Below, piece after piece: positions 1 to 10,565 of a stretch of 64,000 nucleotides of DNA (position 1 is its first letter; each line of letters opens with the position of its first letter). Under the pieces are notes generated by a model. That model did not search any database. It was not told the origin of the DNA and saw only the letters and a program-made list of their open reading frames with translations. Location of the stretch: the NCBI GenBank assembly GCA_963169355.1, contig CAUJCR010000007.1, forward strand, positions 31,637 through 95,636. Reading direction: 5' to 3'. The stretch is from Bacteroidota bacterium (GTDB lineage: Bacteria; Bacteroidota; Bacteroidia; B-17B0; Aurantibacillaceae). The translations under genes were made by a program, and so were the position numbers.

Positions 1-2
1 CT

Positions 3-203
3 GAAAACGAGAAATATTCAACTTTGTCGTCGGTTGGTTTATTAAATAAATACAACCCATCAATGACAAGAGAGGCTGTTTTTAACCCAGAAACATTTAA
101 TCCTTTAAAGTATGATTTTATTTTTTCGTCAAGAACAGTTGTAGCTTATAGAGTAGATAACACAAATTATTTGATTGTTATTGAACCTCAAAAAATTAAT
201 TAA
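3..203 (+). CDS. 3' end of an upstream gene cut by the window edge, 66 codons, unknown product
   Basis: Frame 3 is open from the window start to TAA at 201-203 (...FNPETFNPLKYDFIFSSRTVVAYRVDNTNYLIVIEPQKIN*). No recognisable motif. Confidence 0.4.
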   Translation, partial: ENEKYSTLSSVGLLNKYNPSMTREAVFNPETFNPLKYDFIFSSRTVVAYRVDNTNYLIVIEPQKIN

Positions 204-233
204 GATTTATCTAAGATAATTAAATTATAAAGT

Positions 234-3200
234 ATGAAAGACATAATTAAGAAATACTTATTACTTATAGGTTTTGCTCTCTCTACGGTAGGGTATTCGC
301 AAACCTACAATATGAATAATACAAATGTTACAACTTGTAGTGGCACATTTTATGATTCTGGTGGTAATGGTGGAAATTATTCGGCTAGTGAGACTTATAC
401 TAAAACTTTTTGCCCAACACCAGGACAGAAGTTGCAGTTTATATTTACAGCTTTTCAAACTGAGTCTATCACATTTGATTGGTTGGCAATTTATGATGGA
501 CCAAACACTTCTGCTCCTTCTTTAGGGGTGTATGCCGGTACTACAGGTCCTGGAACAGTGCAAGCTTCACCAACTAATACATCTGGTTGTATTACATTTG
601 TATTTAAATCTGATGGAAGTGTTAATTATTCAGGATGGGCGGCAACTATTTCATGTTTTACACCTTGTGAAACCATTAATTCAAATTTTATAAGTTCATC
701 ACCTGCGCCAGTTGGTGGTATTATAAGGGTATGTCAGGGACAAACTGTAAGTTTTACAGGTAATGGTACTTTTTCTTCAGGAAGTAGCGCTGGTGCAACT
801 TATACTTGGGACTTTGGAAATTCAACTACTGGAAATGGTACAACAGCTTCTACATCTTATAGCGCTGCTGGTGTTTACGCTGTTAATTTAAACATTAATA
901 AAGGTGGCTGTGTCAATAATAATAAGTTTAACCAAATTGTACAAGTTTCCACAACACCTTCATTTACTGCTACAACTACTAATACAACATCTATTTGTTT
1001 AGGACAGACTGCTACATTAATAGGTTCTGTAACTCCCGTTCCTTTTGTTAAAAACTGTACACCTCCAGTCTCTGGAACCACATTTTTACCAGATGGATCA
1101 GGGGTGTCATATAGTACATCAATCGTAGTAGATTGTTATGGTTCTGGTCAAACTATTACTTCTGCCTCTGATATACAAAGTATCTGTTTAAATTTAGAAC
1201 ATTCCTACCAAGGTGATTTATCAATACAAATTATCTGTCCAAATGGTCAAACTTGTAACCTAAAAGATTACCCAGGCGGTGCTTATAATTATTTAGGTGC
1301 CCCATTAGATGATCCAGCTGTTGGACCAGGAGTAGGAGCTAATTATTGTTTTTCAATGTCAGGTAGTGTGCTTCTTGTTAATGGACCAACAGTTGCTGGT
1401 CAAGGTTCCCCTGCTTACACATCCATTCAAGCAGGTACTTATTTGCCAACAGGTAATTTTAGTAGTTTAGTTGGTTGCCCTATGAATGGTTCTTGGACTA
1501 TTAAAGTTACAGATAATTTGGGAGCAGATAACGGTTATATTTTTAACTGGGATGTGAACTTTACAACTCCTCCACCTCCTGCTTCGTCATTTACCCCTGT
1601 TATTACATCTCAAACATGGTCTGGTACTGGCATTACTGGCACATCTGGTAATAACGCAACTATTCAACCATCTACTACAGGCGTACATTGTTATACGCTT
1701 ACAGCAACTGATAATTTTGGATGTAGTTATAATACAGTGCGATGTGTTACTGTAACGCCTGGCCCTTATGCAGGTGTAAGTAATACAGTAGCTTTATGTA
1801 ACTCAGCTGCTACTACTAATTTATTTACAGCATTAGGCTCTGGTGTTTCTACAACTGGAACATGGTCTGGCCCTGCACCAGCATTAACTGGTGGGCATCT
1901 AGGTACTTTTAATCCAGCAACACATACACCTGGCACTTATAATTATACTTACACTGTTCCTGGAACTGGTTCGTGTCCTCCAGCTACAGCCGTTGTAAGT
2001 GTTACTGTAAGACCAAATCCTTCAGCTACATTAAGTTTTACAAATCCTACTTGTGGTAATAATAATGGTATTATTGTCATAAACAATACATCAAGTGGTG
2101 GACAGACGGTTACTAATTTTACAAGTAGTATTGGTGCTGTTTCGGGGCAAACAGTTACTGGTTTAGGAGCTGGCTCACCTATTATTACTTTAACAAATAA
2201 CTTTGGTTGTATTTTTACGGTATCCACCACATTAACCAATCAGCCTGGACCAACAAATATTACTACAACATTTACCAATGCCACCTGTGGAAATAACAAT
2301 GGTTCAATTGCCTTTGGAACTCCTACTGGCGGTACAGGACCATATACTTATGCTGTAAATGGTGGTGCGTTTACAGCTTCTTCGCCAACCACAGGACTTG
2401 CACCAGGAACGTATTCGATCTCGGTTAAAGATGTAAATGGATGTACATTTACTAAAACTGTTTCAATTACTAATATACCAGGCCCTACTGCAATAGCTGG
2501 TACTACTACTCAAGCTAGTTGTAATACTAATAATGGTACATATAATATTACTGGTGTAACTGGCGGAACTGCTGCATATACATATAGCGTTAATGGAGTT
2601 TCAACTACAAGTTTAACAACAGGTTTAGCAGCTGGAACGCACACTGTTTTAGTTAGAGATGCCAATGGATGTACTTATAGTACTACTTTTATCATTCCGT
2701 CTTCAAATGGACCATCTAGTTTTACGGTAAATACTACAAATGCAAGTTGTGGTACAGCCAATGGTACTTCAACAGTAAGTGGTGTGATTGGTGGTACACC
2801 TACTTTTAGTTTCTCGTTTGATGGTGGCGCATTTTCAACTGCAACAACTACAACTGGTTTATCTGCTGGAACTCATACGGTAGTTATAAGAGATGCTAAT
2901 TCATGTACTTTAGCAGTTACGTATAATGTTGCTAATAATGCTCCTCCTACGGCTTCTATTACAAGTTCACTAAATGTATTGTGTAATGGTGCAAGTACAG
3001 GTAGTTTGTCAGTTTCACCTTCAGGTGGTACAGCGCCATTTACTTATACCTTAACTGCTCCAACACAAACAAATACTACAGGTAATTTTACAGGCTTAGC
3101 AGCTGGTGCATATAATATTACAGTGAGAGATAATTCTGGGTGTACTGCAACCGTTTCTGCTACATTAAGTCAACCAACAGCATTAACTGGTACTACAAAT

Positions 3201-6200
3201 TCTATTCCTGTAAATTGCTTTGGTGGTGCTACAGGTAATGTATCTGCCACTGGTAGTGGAGGTGTAGCACCTTATACTTATTTGTGGCCAGCTTTAGGTA
3301 ATAGTACGTTATCTTCGGTAAGTGGAGTGTCTGCAGGAACATATTCGGTAACCATTACTGATGCTAATAATTGTACTTTTATTCAATCAGTTGTTGTAAA
3401 CCAACCTACGCTTTTAAGTTTAACTTCAACAATTACCCCAGCTACTTGTGGAAATGCAAACGGTACAGCTACGGTTACTGCAACTGGCGGTACAACACCT
3501 TATACATATAATTGGAGTAATGGTGGTACTACCGCATCTACTTCAGGCCTTGGAAACGGAACTCATACTGTAACTGTTACAGATTTTAATGGATGTGTAG
3601 CTACAAGAACGGTTAATATTACAAATATTCCTGGTCCTACAGCCGTATCTGGAAATACTTCATTAGCAGGCTGTAATTTGAATAATGGAACATACACTGT
3701 TACAGGAGTAACAGGTGGAACACCTGCGTATTCATATAGTGTTGATGGTGTGGCAACAACATCGGTAACAACTGGCTTAGGTGCAGGTACACATAATATA
3801 TTGGTAAGTGATGCTAATGGATGTACTTATACAACCACATTTAGTATTAATACAGCTAATGGTCCTACTAGTGCAAATGTTGTAACTACTAACGCAAGTT
3901 GTGGTTCAGCTAATGGTTCAGCAACGGTAACAACAGTTACTGGAGGAACGGCACCATATGTTTATTCATTTAATGGAGGTGCCTTTGGTGCACCAAATAA
4001 TATTTCAGGTATTGCCGCTGGAACTCATACAGTAGTTATTAGAGATGTTAATACATGTACACTTCAAGTAACTTTTACTGAATTAAATAATAGTGGACCT
4101 ACAGTGGCAGTTACTAGTTCGTTAAATATTTTATGTAATGGCGGTTCAACAGGTAGTGTGTCGGTTTCTCCATCAGGTGGCAGTGCACCATTCTCATACA
4201 CTTTATCTCCGCCAGTACAAACAAATACAACAGGAAACTTTACTGGATTACCTGCTGGCTCGTATAACATTGTAGTTGCGGATAATTTTGGATGTACAGC
4301 TACTACTTCAGTTACATTAACTGAACCATCTGCTCTTACTTTAACCACATCTTCAACACCTGCTAATTGTTTTGGTTCATCAACAGGAACTGTTACTGCC
4401 TCAGGTTCAAATGGCACACCGCCTTATTCTTATTTGTGGCCAGCGTTAGGTGCGAGTACAAGTTCAATTGTTACAAATGCACCTGCAGGAACTTACTCAG
4501 TTACCTTAACAGATGCTAATGGTTGTACAATTACACAAAGTGTTACTGTAACACAACCAACTTCATTAACATTAACATCAACCTTAACTGCTGCAACTTG
4601 TGGTAATGCAAATGGTTCAGCTTCTGTTACCGCTTCAGGTGGAACACCTGCTTATTCATATACTTGGGATACAGGCTCTACGGGAAGTGTGTTAAGTGCT
4701 GTATCGGCTGGAGTTTATTCTGTTACAGTTACTGATTTTAAAGGCTGTGTTTTAACAAATACAGTTAATATTACTAATATACCAGGACCTACCGCAATAA
4801 ATGGAACTTCATCATTGGCGGGTTGTGGACTGTCAAATGCTTCATATACTATTACAGGAGTAACTGGCGGAACTGCACCTTACACTTATAGTGTAAATGG
4901 TGTTTCTACTACAACTCTTACGAATGGATTATCTGCCGGAACACACACTGTTTCGGTTACCGATGTTAATGGTTGTTTCTTTACAACGACATTTAATGTA
5001 GGAACAACTGCTGGACCGACTTCTGCTAGCGTAACTACATCTAATGCTTCTTGTGGTTCAGCAAACGGTACAGCAACTGTAGTGTCAGTTACTGGAGGTA
5101 CTTCTCCATATCAATACTCATTTGATGGTGGTTCCTTCTCAGTTACAAACTCTACAACAGGATTAACAGCATCAATCCATACTTTAACTATTATGGATGC
5201 TAATTCATGTACTTTAACAACTACTTATAATGTGTTAAACAATGGTTCACCAACAGCAAGTATTAATAGCTCAACTAATACTACTTGTTTTGGTGGAAAT
5301 AATGGAGGATTCTCAATTTCTGGTTCTGCAGGAAGCGGAGGACCTTATTCATACACATTAACTGCACCATTTCAAACATCAACTTTAGGTACATTTACAG
5401 GGTTAAGTTCTGGAAATTATACAGTAATAACTGCTGATGGTGTAGGTTGTACAACAACTACTACTGTAAATATCTCTCAACCATCGGCTGTAACTTTAAC
5501 TGTAACATCTATACCAGCAAAATGTTTTGGTGCACCAACTGGTACTATTAACATCGTTGGAGCTGGAGGTACAGGCGCTTATACCTATAGTTTAAATGGT
5601 GGGTCTCAGCAAACAGTACCTTCATATACTGCAGTAGGGCAAGGAAATTATATGATTACAATAGCAGATGCTAATAATTGTACAGCTACACAAACAGTTT
5701 CTGTAACAGAACCATCTCCTTTAACCATAACAGTTTCTACACAAAATGCAAATTGTACGGCTGCTAATGGTGTTATTACAACAACTGTAAATGGTGGAAC
5801 ACCAATTTATACTTACACATGGTCTGCGGGTGGTGCAGGAGCAACTTTAAGTAATGTGCCAGGTGGTACATATACTGTAATTACTACAGATGCCAACAGT
5901 TGTACCTTATCTGCTGTAGCGGTAGTTAGTGTTACACCTGGAGGAACATCATCTATAATTAATAAAACAGATGTTACTTGTAACGGATATAATGATGGTA
6001 CATTAACAGCAGCGCCAGTAGGAGGTGCGGCACCATTTACCTTCTCTTGGTCTCCAAGTGGGCAAACATCGGCAACCGCTACTAATTTAGCTCCTGGAAC
6101 ACATACTTGTGAAATTACGGATTTTTATGGTTGTAAATCATTTACAACGGCTGTTATCACACAACCTACTGTTCTTACTGCCATTATGAATTCAAATAAT

Positions 6201-9200
6201 GTGAAGTGTTTTGGAACAGCTACTGGTACTTTAAATGCTGCTGGAACAGGTGGAACAGGCCCTTATACTTATTTATGGCCTACATTAGCTAGCACATTAA
6301 ATACAGTACCAAATGTAGCTATTGGTACTTATAGCTGTGTTATCACAGATGCGAATAATTGTTCTATTACTCAAACAATTTCTGTTACCGAGCCAACAGA
6401 TATTACCCTTACAGCTTCTGTTACACCTGCTAATTGTAATCAATCTAATGGTTCGGCAACTGTTACGGCAATGGGAGGAGTACCAGCGTATTCATATTCT
6501 TGGAGTGCAGGTTCAACAACGGATAATCAACAAAATTTATCAGGAAACACTTATACTATAGAAGTGAAAGATGCGAATAATTGTATAAAAACTTTAGCGG
6601 TTACTGTACCAAATGTTGCAGGACCAACAATAAGTATTTTAACACAAACAAATGTATCTTGTAATGGAGCTTGTGATGGTGCAGCTACAACATCAGTTAC
6701 TGGTGGTGTAGGTCCTTATATTTATTCATGGAGCAACGGAAATGTAAGTTCTATTGCTACTAATTTATGTGCACAATTATATACTGTTTCAGCTACTGAC
6801 CAAGCTGGTTGTGTCGCCTCTACAAGTGTAAATATTACCCAACCGTCTGTATTAACCGTAACGGTATTACCAAGTGATCCAAAATGTTTTGGTGCAATTA
6901 ATGGTGGTGGTATTGCTGCTGCACTTGGTGGAACTCCTAGTTATACTTATGCTTGGACAGGCGGTGGTGGTTCAAATGCTGCCTCTAATCCATTAGGAGC
7001 TGGAAATTATGGTTTAACTGTAACTGATGCAAATGGTTGCGTTGCTTCCGCATCAATGACCCTGAATAATCCACCTGCTATGGCGGCGAGTATAACCTCT
7101 ACAAATGTAAGTTGTTTTGGTGTGTGTGATGCAACTGCAATTGGTTCAACAACTAATAATATTGGAGTAGTAGATTATCAATGGATTGGAGGACCAAGTC
7201 CAATATTCTCTCAAACAGCTTATAATTTATGTGCAGGAACATATACTCTAATTGCAACTGATCAGAACTCGTGTACTGCTAACGCACAAGTTGTTATTAC
7301 TGAACCTGCTGCATTAACAGTAAGTATTCCAACAACAGGCACTATCACTTGTAACGGTGGTAACAATGGTTTTGCAACAGCTTCAACCACAGGCGGTACA
7401 ACTCCATATACTTATTCATGGTCGGGTGCAGCAGCGGCAAGTGGTAATAGTAATAATGCAAATAATTTACCTGCAGGTAATTATACAGTAACTGTTACTG
7501 ATGATCATAACTGTGTGGCTACAGCAAATACAACAATTATTGAACCTGCTCCATTTGCAACAACATTAACAACAACAGATCCTTTATGTAATGGTTCTAC
7601 AGATGGTACTGCTAATATTGTTTGGTCGGGTGGTGTTGGTATTCCAACTGTATTGTGGCAACCTGGATTGCAAAGTGGTCCATCTGTAAATACTTTAGGA
7701 GCAGGTAATCAAACTGTAACTATTTCATATAACTCAACTTGTTCTTCTTCATTAACCTTTACATTGAATCAACCAGCAGCTTTAACGGCAGTTGTATCAA
7801 ATACTAATTCAAATTGTGGTCAGTCTAATGGTTCGGCTTGTGCAGTAGTAGGTGGCGGTACTGGAACTTTAAGTTATTTATGGAGCAATGGTGTTACTAC
7901 ATTGTGTAATAATAATATTTTAGCTGGTGCTTATACATTTACTGTAACAGATGCTAATGGATGTACAGAAGATGCAAGTGCACTTGTAAATGATATATCT
8001 GGCCCTGTAGTTACTATCAACAGTTTTACAAATGTAACTTGTTATGGATTATTTAATGGTGGAGCTACAGCCAGTATTACAGGAGGTGTTCCTGCTTATT
8101 CAATAAACTGGACTGGAGCTCAAGCTTCAGCTAATACAGGTACATTAGTTACAAATTTTGGAGCTGGGTTACATAATATAACAGTTACTGATATGGCAGG
8201 TTGTGTGGGGACAGCCTCAGTAGATATAACTGAACCAGCACTATTTGTAAGTGCAATTGGTAGTTCTACTAATATCTCTTGCTTTGGTTTAAGTGATGGT
8301 GGAGCAACTGTTTTAGTAAATGGAGGCACTACACCATATACTTACGCATGGACTCCGAGTGCTCAGACTAATTCAATATTAATAAATGTTGTAGCGGATA
8401 CCTATTCTGTAAATGTTACAGATGCTAATGGATGTACAACTACATCATCTGTGGTTATAACACAACCACAAGCTTTAGTTATTGCAGCGTCTAGTTTTAC
8501 AAATATTTCGTGTTTCGGTGGAAATAATGGTCAGATTTCAACAACTATTCAGGGAGGTACACCAGGTTATACCCATGTTTGGAATCCTACACAACCAGGA
8601 AACACATCTTCTCCGAATGGTTTAGGTGCTGGCGCTTATAGCTTCACGGTTACAGATATGAATAACTGTAGTGTTACTGCTAATTTTAATTTAACTCAAC
8701 CTTCTGCCTTAACTTCTACTTACACTGCTTTACCTGCAACTTGTGGTCAAGCGAATGGTTCTGCGAGTGTGAATATTGGAGGAGGAATTCCTAGTTACTC
8801 TGTAAGTTGGAATACAGCACCAATTCAAACTGGTTTAACTGCAATTAATATGGCTCCAGGTACATGGACTGCTAATATTACAGATGCAAATGGTTGTCTT
8901 TTATCTCAAACTGTCAATATTATTGCGCCACCAGTTCCAACTATTACAAGTTTTAGTGTAACTCAACCTAGTTGTTTTGGTTTATCTGATGGTGAAATTA
9001 TCATTAATTATAGTGCTGGTACTGCACCTTATACCGTTGCATGGTCGAGCCCTATCTCTCAAACATTAACTTCATCAGCCTTAACACAAAGTGTAGCTGG
9101 GATTGCGTCAGGAGTTTATACTGCTACATTAACAGATAGTTATGGTTGTACAACTTCTCAACCAGTTAATGTAACACAGCCTGGATTATTAACTTTAGTG

Positions 9201-10496
9201 GTTTCGCCAAACGTTACAATTTGTTATGGTCAAACTACACAATTAAGCGCATCAGGACAAAGTGGAACACCTGCTTATAGCTATACTTGGTCGCCAAATC
9301 CGTTTGTTGGAGGCGGTCCTCATACTGTAAATCCAACTGTAAACTCTCAATATACAGTAACGGTTGCAGATAGTAAAGGTTGTTCTCCATCTCCTAAAGT
9401 AATTAATGTGAGCGTTACACCATCTTTAGCTATTTCAGCTACATCGGCTACAAGATGTGATGGAGAATCAGTGTTCTTCACACCTACAATTACTAGCCCA
9501 GGAAACGGCGGTCCATACACCTATAATTGGACGCCAAATACAAGTAATACGCCAACTTTAACAGCAACAGGTAGTGCACCTTCGGTTCAAACTACTACTA
9601 CTTATACATTGGTAGTGGATGATGGATGTACAATTCCAACGGCTGCAGCTGTATTTACATTAATTACCAATCCAAAACCTACAGTTGATTTTGTGGCAAG
9701 TACAACAGTTGCTTGTGCTCCTGCAACTATTGATTTTACGGCTACCCCAGGATCTGCTGGTAATTATACTTATTCTTGGTTGAATGATAATAAAAATTCG
9801 ATGGGAACAGGAAATCCAATTACTTACACATTCCCAGATTCAGACTCGATAGATGTGAGCGTTACTATAACGGATAATGTTACGGGTTGTAGTAATTCAT
9901 TGGTAAAAACAAATTATATTGTTTTACATAAACAGCCAATTGCTTCTTTCTATCCAGACCCACAATCAACTAGTGTATTAACACCATCTGTGAATTTTGT
10001 AAATACATCTATGGGGGCGAGTATTTATTATTGGAACTTTGGAGATCCATCTGCAAGTCCAGCTAATAATACATCTACATTAACTAACCCTGGTCATTTT
10101 TATGACAATGCTGGTAACTATAATGTGTATTTAATTGCTACATCTGCTTTTGGCTGTAAAGATACCGCTTATGCAAGTGTTGAGATTGTACCAGACTTTG
10201 CAGTTTATATTCCAAATGCCTTTACACCTGATGGTGATGGACTGAATGATATATTCCAACCAAAAGGTGTAGGAATTAATGAAGACGAATATAGAATGGA
10301 TATTTATGATCGTTGGGGTGAGAATATTTTCTCGAGTACAGAATTTAGAAAAGGATGGGATGGAAGTGTGAAAGGAAATTCTAAAATTGTACCTCAAGGT
10401 GTTTATGTATATAAATTATTTATTACAGACTTACAAGGAAATAAACATCCATTTGTAGGGCATGTAACTGTTACACATAAGGAAACACCACAATAA
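234..10496 (+). CDS. Giant (3420 aa) T9SS-secreted cell-surface adhesin: signal peptide, CUB-like domain, PKD-like domain, proprotein-convertase P-domain, ~35 SprB/HYR-like Cys-containing ~77-aa repeats, PKD domains, type-B (CHU_C, gliding-motility-associated) C-terminal sorting domain
   Basis: N-terminal signal LLLIGFALSTVGYSQ. CUB-like FYDSGGNGGNYS...LAIYDG. P-domain LEHSYQGDLSIQIICPNGQ...NGSWTIKVTDNLGADNGYIFNWDVNF. Recurring CxG..(N/T)G...GG..PY(T/S)Y.W modules. C-terminus IPNAFTPDGDGLNDIFQPKG...DRWGENIF...GWDG...QGVYVYKL is typical of the type-B T9SS CTD. Confidence 0.9.
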   Translation: MKDIIKKYLLLIGFALSTVGYSQTYNMNNTNVTTCSGTFYDSGGNGGNYSASETYTKTFCPTPGQKLQFIFTAFQTESITFDWLAIYDGPNTSAPSLGVYAGTTGPGTVQASPTNTSGCITFVFKSDGSVNYSGWAATISCFTPCETINSNFISSSPAPVGGIIRVCQGQTVSFTGNGTFSSGSSAGATYTWDFGNSTTGNGTTASTSYSAAGVYAVNLNINKGGCVNNNKFNQIVQVSTTPSFTATTTNTTSICLGQTATLIGSVTPVPFVKNCTPPVSGTTFLPDGSGVSYSTSIVVDCYGSGQTITSASDIQSICLNLEHSYQGDLSIQIICPNGQTCNLKDYPGGAYNYLGAPLDDPAVGPGVGANYCFSMSGSVLLVNGPTVAGQGSPAYTSIQAGTYLPTGNFSSLVGCPMNGSWTIKVTDNLGADNGYIFNWDVNFTTPPPPASSFTPVITSQTWSGTGITGTSGNNATIQPSTTGVHCYTLTATDNFGCSYNTVRCVTVTPGPYAGVSNTVALCNSAATTNLFTALGSGVSTTGTWSGPAPALTGGHLGTFNPATHTPGTYNYTYTVPGTGSCPPATAVVSVTVRPNPSATLSFTNPTCGNNNGIIVINNTSSGGQTVTNFTSSIGAVSGQTVTGLGAGSPIITLTNNFGCIFTVSTTLTNQPGPTNITTTFTNATCGNNNGSIAFGTPTGGTGPYTYAVNGGAFTASSPTTGLAPGTYSISVKDVNGCTFTKTVSITNIPGPTAIAGTTTQASCNTNNGTYNITGVTGGTAAYTYSVNGVSTTSLTTGLAAGTHTVLVRDANGCTYSTTFIIPSSNGPSSFTVNTTNASCGTANGTSTVSGVIGGTPTFSFSFDGGAFSTATTTTGLSAGTHTVVIRDANSCTLAVTYNVANNAPPTASITSSLNVLCNGASTGSLSVSPSGGTAPFTYTLTAPTQTNTTGNFTGLAAGAYNITVRDNSGCTATVSATLSQPTALTGTTNSIPVNCFGGATGNVSATGSGGVAPYTYLWPALGNSTLSSVSGVSAGTYSVTITDANNCTFIQSVVVNQPTLLSLTSTITPATCGNANGTATVTATGGTTPYTYNWSNGGTTASTSGLGNGTHTVTVTDFNGCVATRTVNITNIPGPTAVSGNTSLAGCNLNNGTYTVTGVTGGTPAYSYSVDGVATTSVTTGLGAGTHNILVSDANGCTYTTTFSINTANGPTSANVVTTNASCGSANGSATVTTVTGGTAPYVYSFNGGAFGAPNNISGIAAGTHTVVIRDVNTCTLQVTFTELNNSGPTVAVTSSLNILCNGGSTGSVSVSPSGGSAPFSYTLSPPVQTNTTGNFTGLPAGSYNIVVADNFGCTATTSVTLTEPSALTLTTSSTPANCFGSSTGTVTASGSNGTPPYSYLWPALGASTSSIVTNAPAGTYSVTLTDANGCTITQSVTVTQPTSLTLTSTLTAATCGNANGSASVTASGGTPAYSYTWDTGSTGSVLSAVSAGVYSVTVTDFKGCVLTNTVNITNIPGPTAINGTSSLAGCGLSNASYTITGVTGGTAPYTYSVNGVSTTTLTNGLSAGTHTVSVTDVNGCFFTTTFNVGTTAGPTSASVTTSNASCGSANGTATVVSVTGGTSPYQYSFDGGSFSVTNSTTGLTASIHTLTIMDANSCTLTTTYNVLNNGSPTASINSSTNTTCFGGNNGGFSISGSAGSGGPYSYTLTAPFQTSTLGTFTGLSSGNYTVITADGVGCTTTTTVNISQPSAVTLTVTSIPAKCFGAPTGTINIVGAGGTGAYTYSLNGGSQQTVPSYTAVGQGNYMITIADANNCTATQTVSVTEPSPLTITVSTQNANCTAANGVITTTVNGGTPIYTYTWSAGGAGATLSNVPGGTYTVITTDANSCTLSAVAVVSVTPGGTSSIINKTDVTCNGYNDGTLTAAPVGGAAPFTFSWSPSGQTSATATNLAPGTHTCEITDFYGCKSFTTAVITQPTVLTAIMNSNNVKCFGTATGTLNAAGTGGTGPYTYLWPTLASTLNTVPNVAIGTYSCVITDANNCSITQTISVTEPTDITLTASVTPANCNQSNGSATVTAMGGVPAYSYSWSAGSTTDNQQNLSGNTYTIEVKDANNCIKTLAVTVPNVAGPTISILTQTNVSCNGACDGAATTSVTGGVGPYIYSWSNGNVSSIATNLCAQLYTVSATDQAGCVASTSVNITQPSVLTVTVLPSDPKCFGAINGGGIAAALGGTPSYTYAWTGGGGSNAASNPLGAGNYGLTVTDANGCVASASMTLNNPPAMAASITSTNVSCFGVCDATAIGSTTNNIGVVDYQWIGGPSPIFSQTAYNLCAGTYTLIATDQNSCTANAQVVITEPAALTVSIPTTGTITCNGGNNGFATASTTGGTTPYTYSWSGAAAASGNSNNANNLPAGNYTVTVTDDHNCVATANTTIIEPAPFATTLTTTDPLCNGSTDGTANIVWSGGVGIPTVLWQPGLQSGPSVNTLGAGNQTVTISYNSTCSSSLTFTLNQPAALTAVVSNTNSNCGQSNGSACAVVGGGTGTLSYLWSNGVTTLCNNNILAGAYTFTVTDANGCTEDASALVNDISGPVVTINSFTNVTCYGLFNGGATASITGGVPAYSINWTGAQASANTGTLVTNFGAGLHNITVTDMAGCVGTASVDITEPALFVSAIGSSTNISCFGLSDGGATVLVNGGTTPYTYAWTPSAQTNSILINVVADTYSVNVTDANGCTTTSSVVITQPQALVIAASSFTNISCFGGNNGQISTTIQGGTPGYTHVWNPTQPGNTSSPNGLGAGAYSFTVTDMNNCSVTANFNLTQPSALTSTYTALPATCGQANGSASVNIGGGIPSYSVSWNTAPIQTGLTAINMAPGTWTANITDANGCLLSQTVNIIAPPVPTITSFSVTQPSCFGLSDGEIIINYSAGTAPYTVAWSSPISQTLTSSALTQSVAGIASGVYTATLTDSYGCTTSQPVNVTQPGLLTLVVSPNVTICYGQTTQLSASGQSGTPAYSYTWSPNPFVGGGPHTVNPTVNSQYTVTVADSKGCSPSPKVINVSVTPSLAISATSATRCDGESVFFTPTITSPGNGGPYTYNWTPNTSNTPTLTATGSAPSVQTTTTYTLVVDDGCTIPTAAAVFTLITNPKPTVDFVASTTVACAPATIDFTATPGSAGNYTYSWLNDNKNSMGTGNPITYTFPDSDSIDVSVTITDNVTGCSNSLVKTNYIVLHKQPIASFYPDPQSTSVLTPSVNFVNTSMGASIYYWNFGDPSASPANNTSTLTNPGHFYDNAGNYNVYLIATSAFGCKDTAYASVEIVPDFAVYIPNAFTPDGDGLNDIFQPKGVGINEDEYRMDIYDRWGENIFSSTEFRKGWDGSVKGNSKIVPQGVYVYKLFITDLQGNKHPFVGHVTVTHKETPQ
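2460..5915 (+). repeat. Three in-frame tandem copies of a 1152-bp (384-aa, five-module) super-repeat inside the adhesin gene
   Basis: V(S/N)ITNIPGPTA restarts at nt 2460, 3612 and 4764, an exact 1152-bp spacing. Long stretches are near-identical at protein level, and the third copy diverges in its last two modules. Confidence 0.85.
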
Positions 10497-10502
10497 AAAT
10501 TA

Positions 10503-10529
10503 AGCCGCCCTTAAAAGGCGGCTTTTTTA
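10503..10529 (+). terminator. Rho-independent terminator of the adhesin gene
   Basis: GCCGCC-cttaaaa-GGCGGC followed by TTTTTT, 7 nt after the stop codon. Confidence 0.85.
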
Positions 10530-10565
10530 TTTGAATTAATTTGTAATTTCGCCCAAATTTATTTT

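Noticed and set aside
1100-1570. The P-domain as evidence that the giant protein is a kexin/furin-like protease
   Set aside because: No subtilisin catalytic triad region (D/H/S motifs) precedes it, so the domain appears to be used as a stand-alone beta-sandwich in an adhesin.
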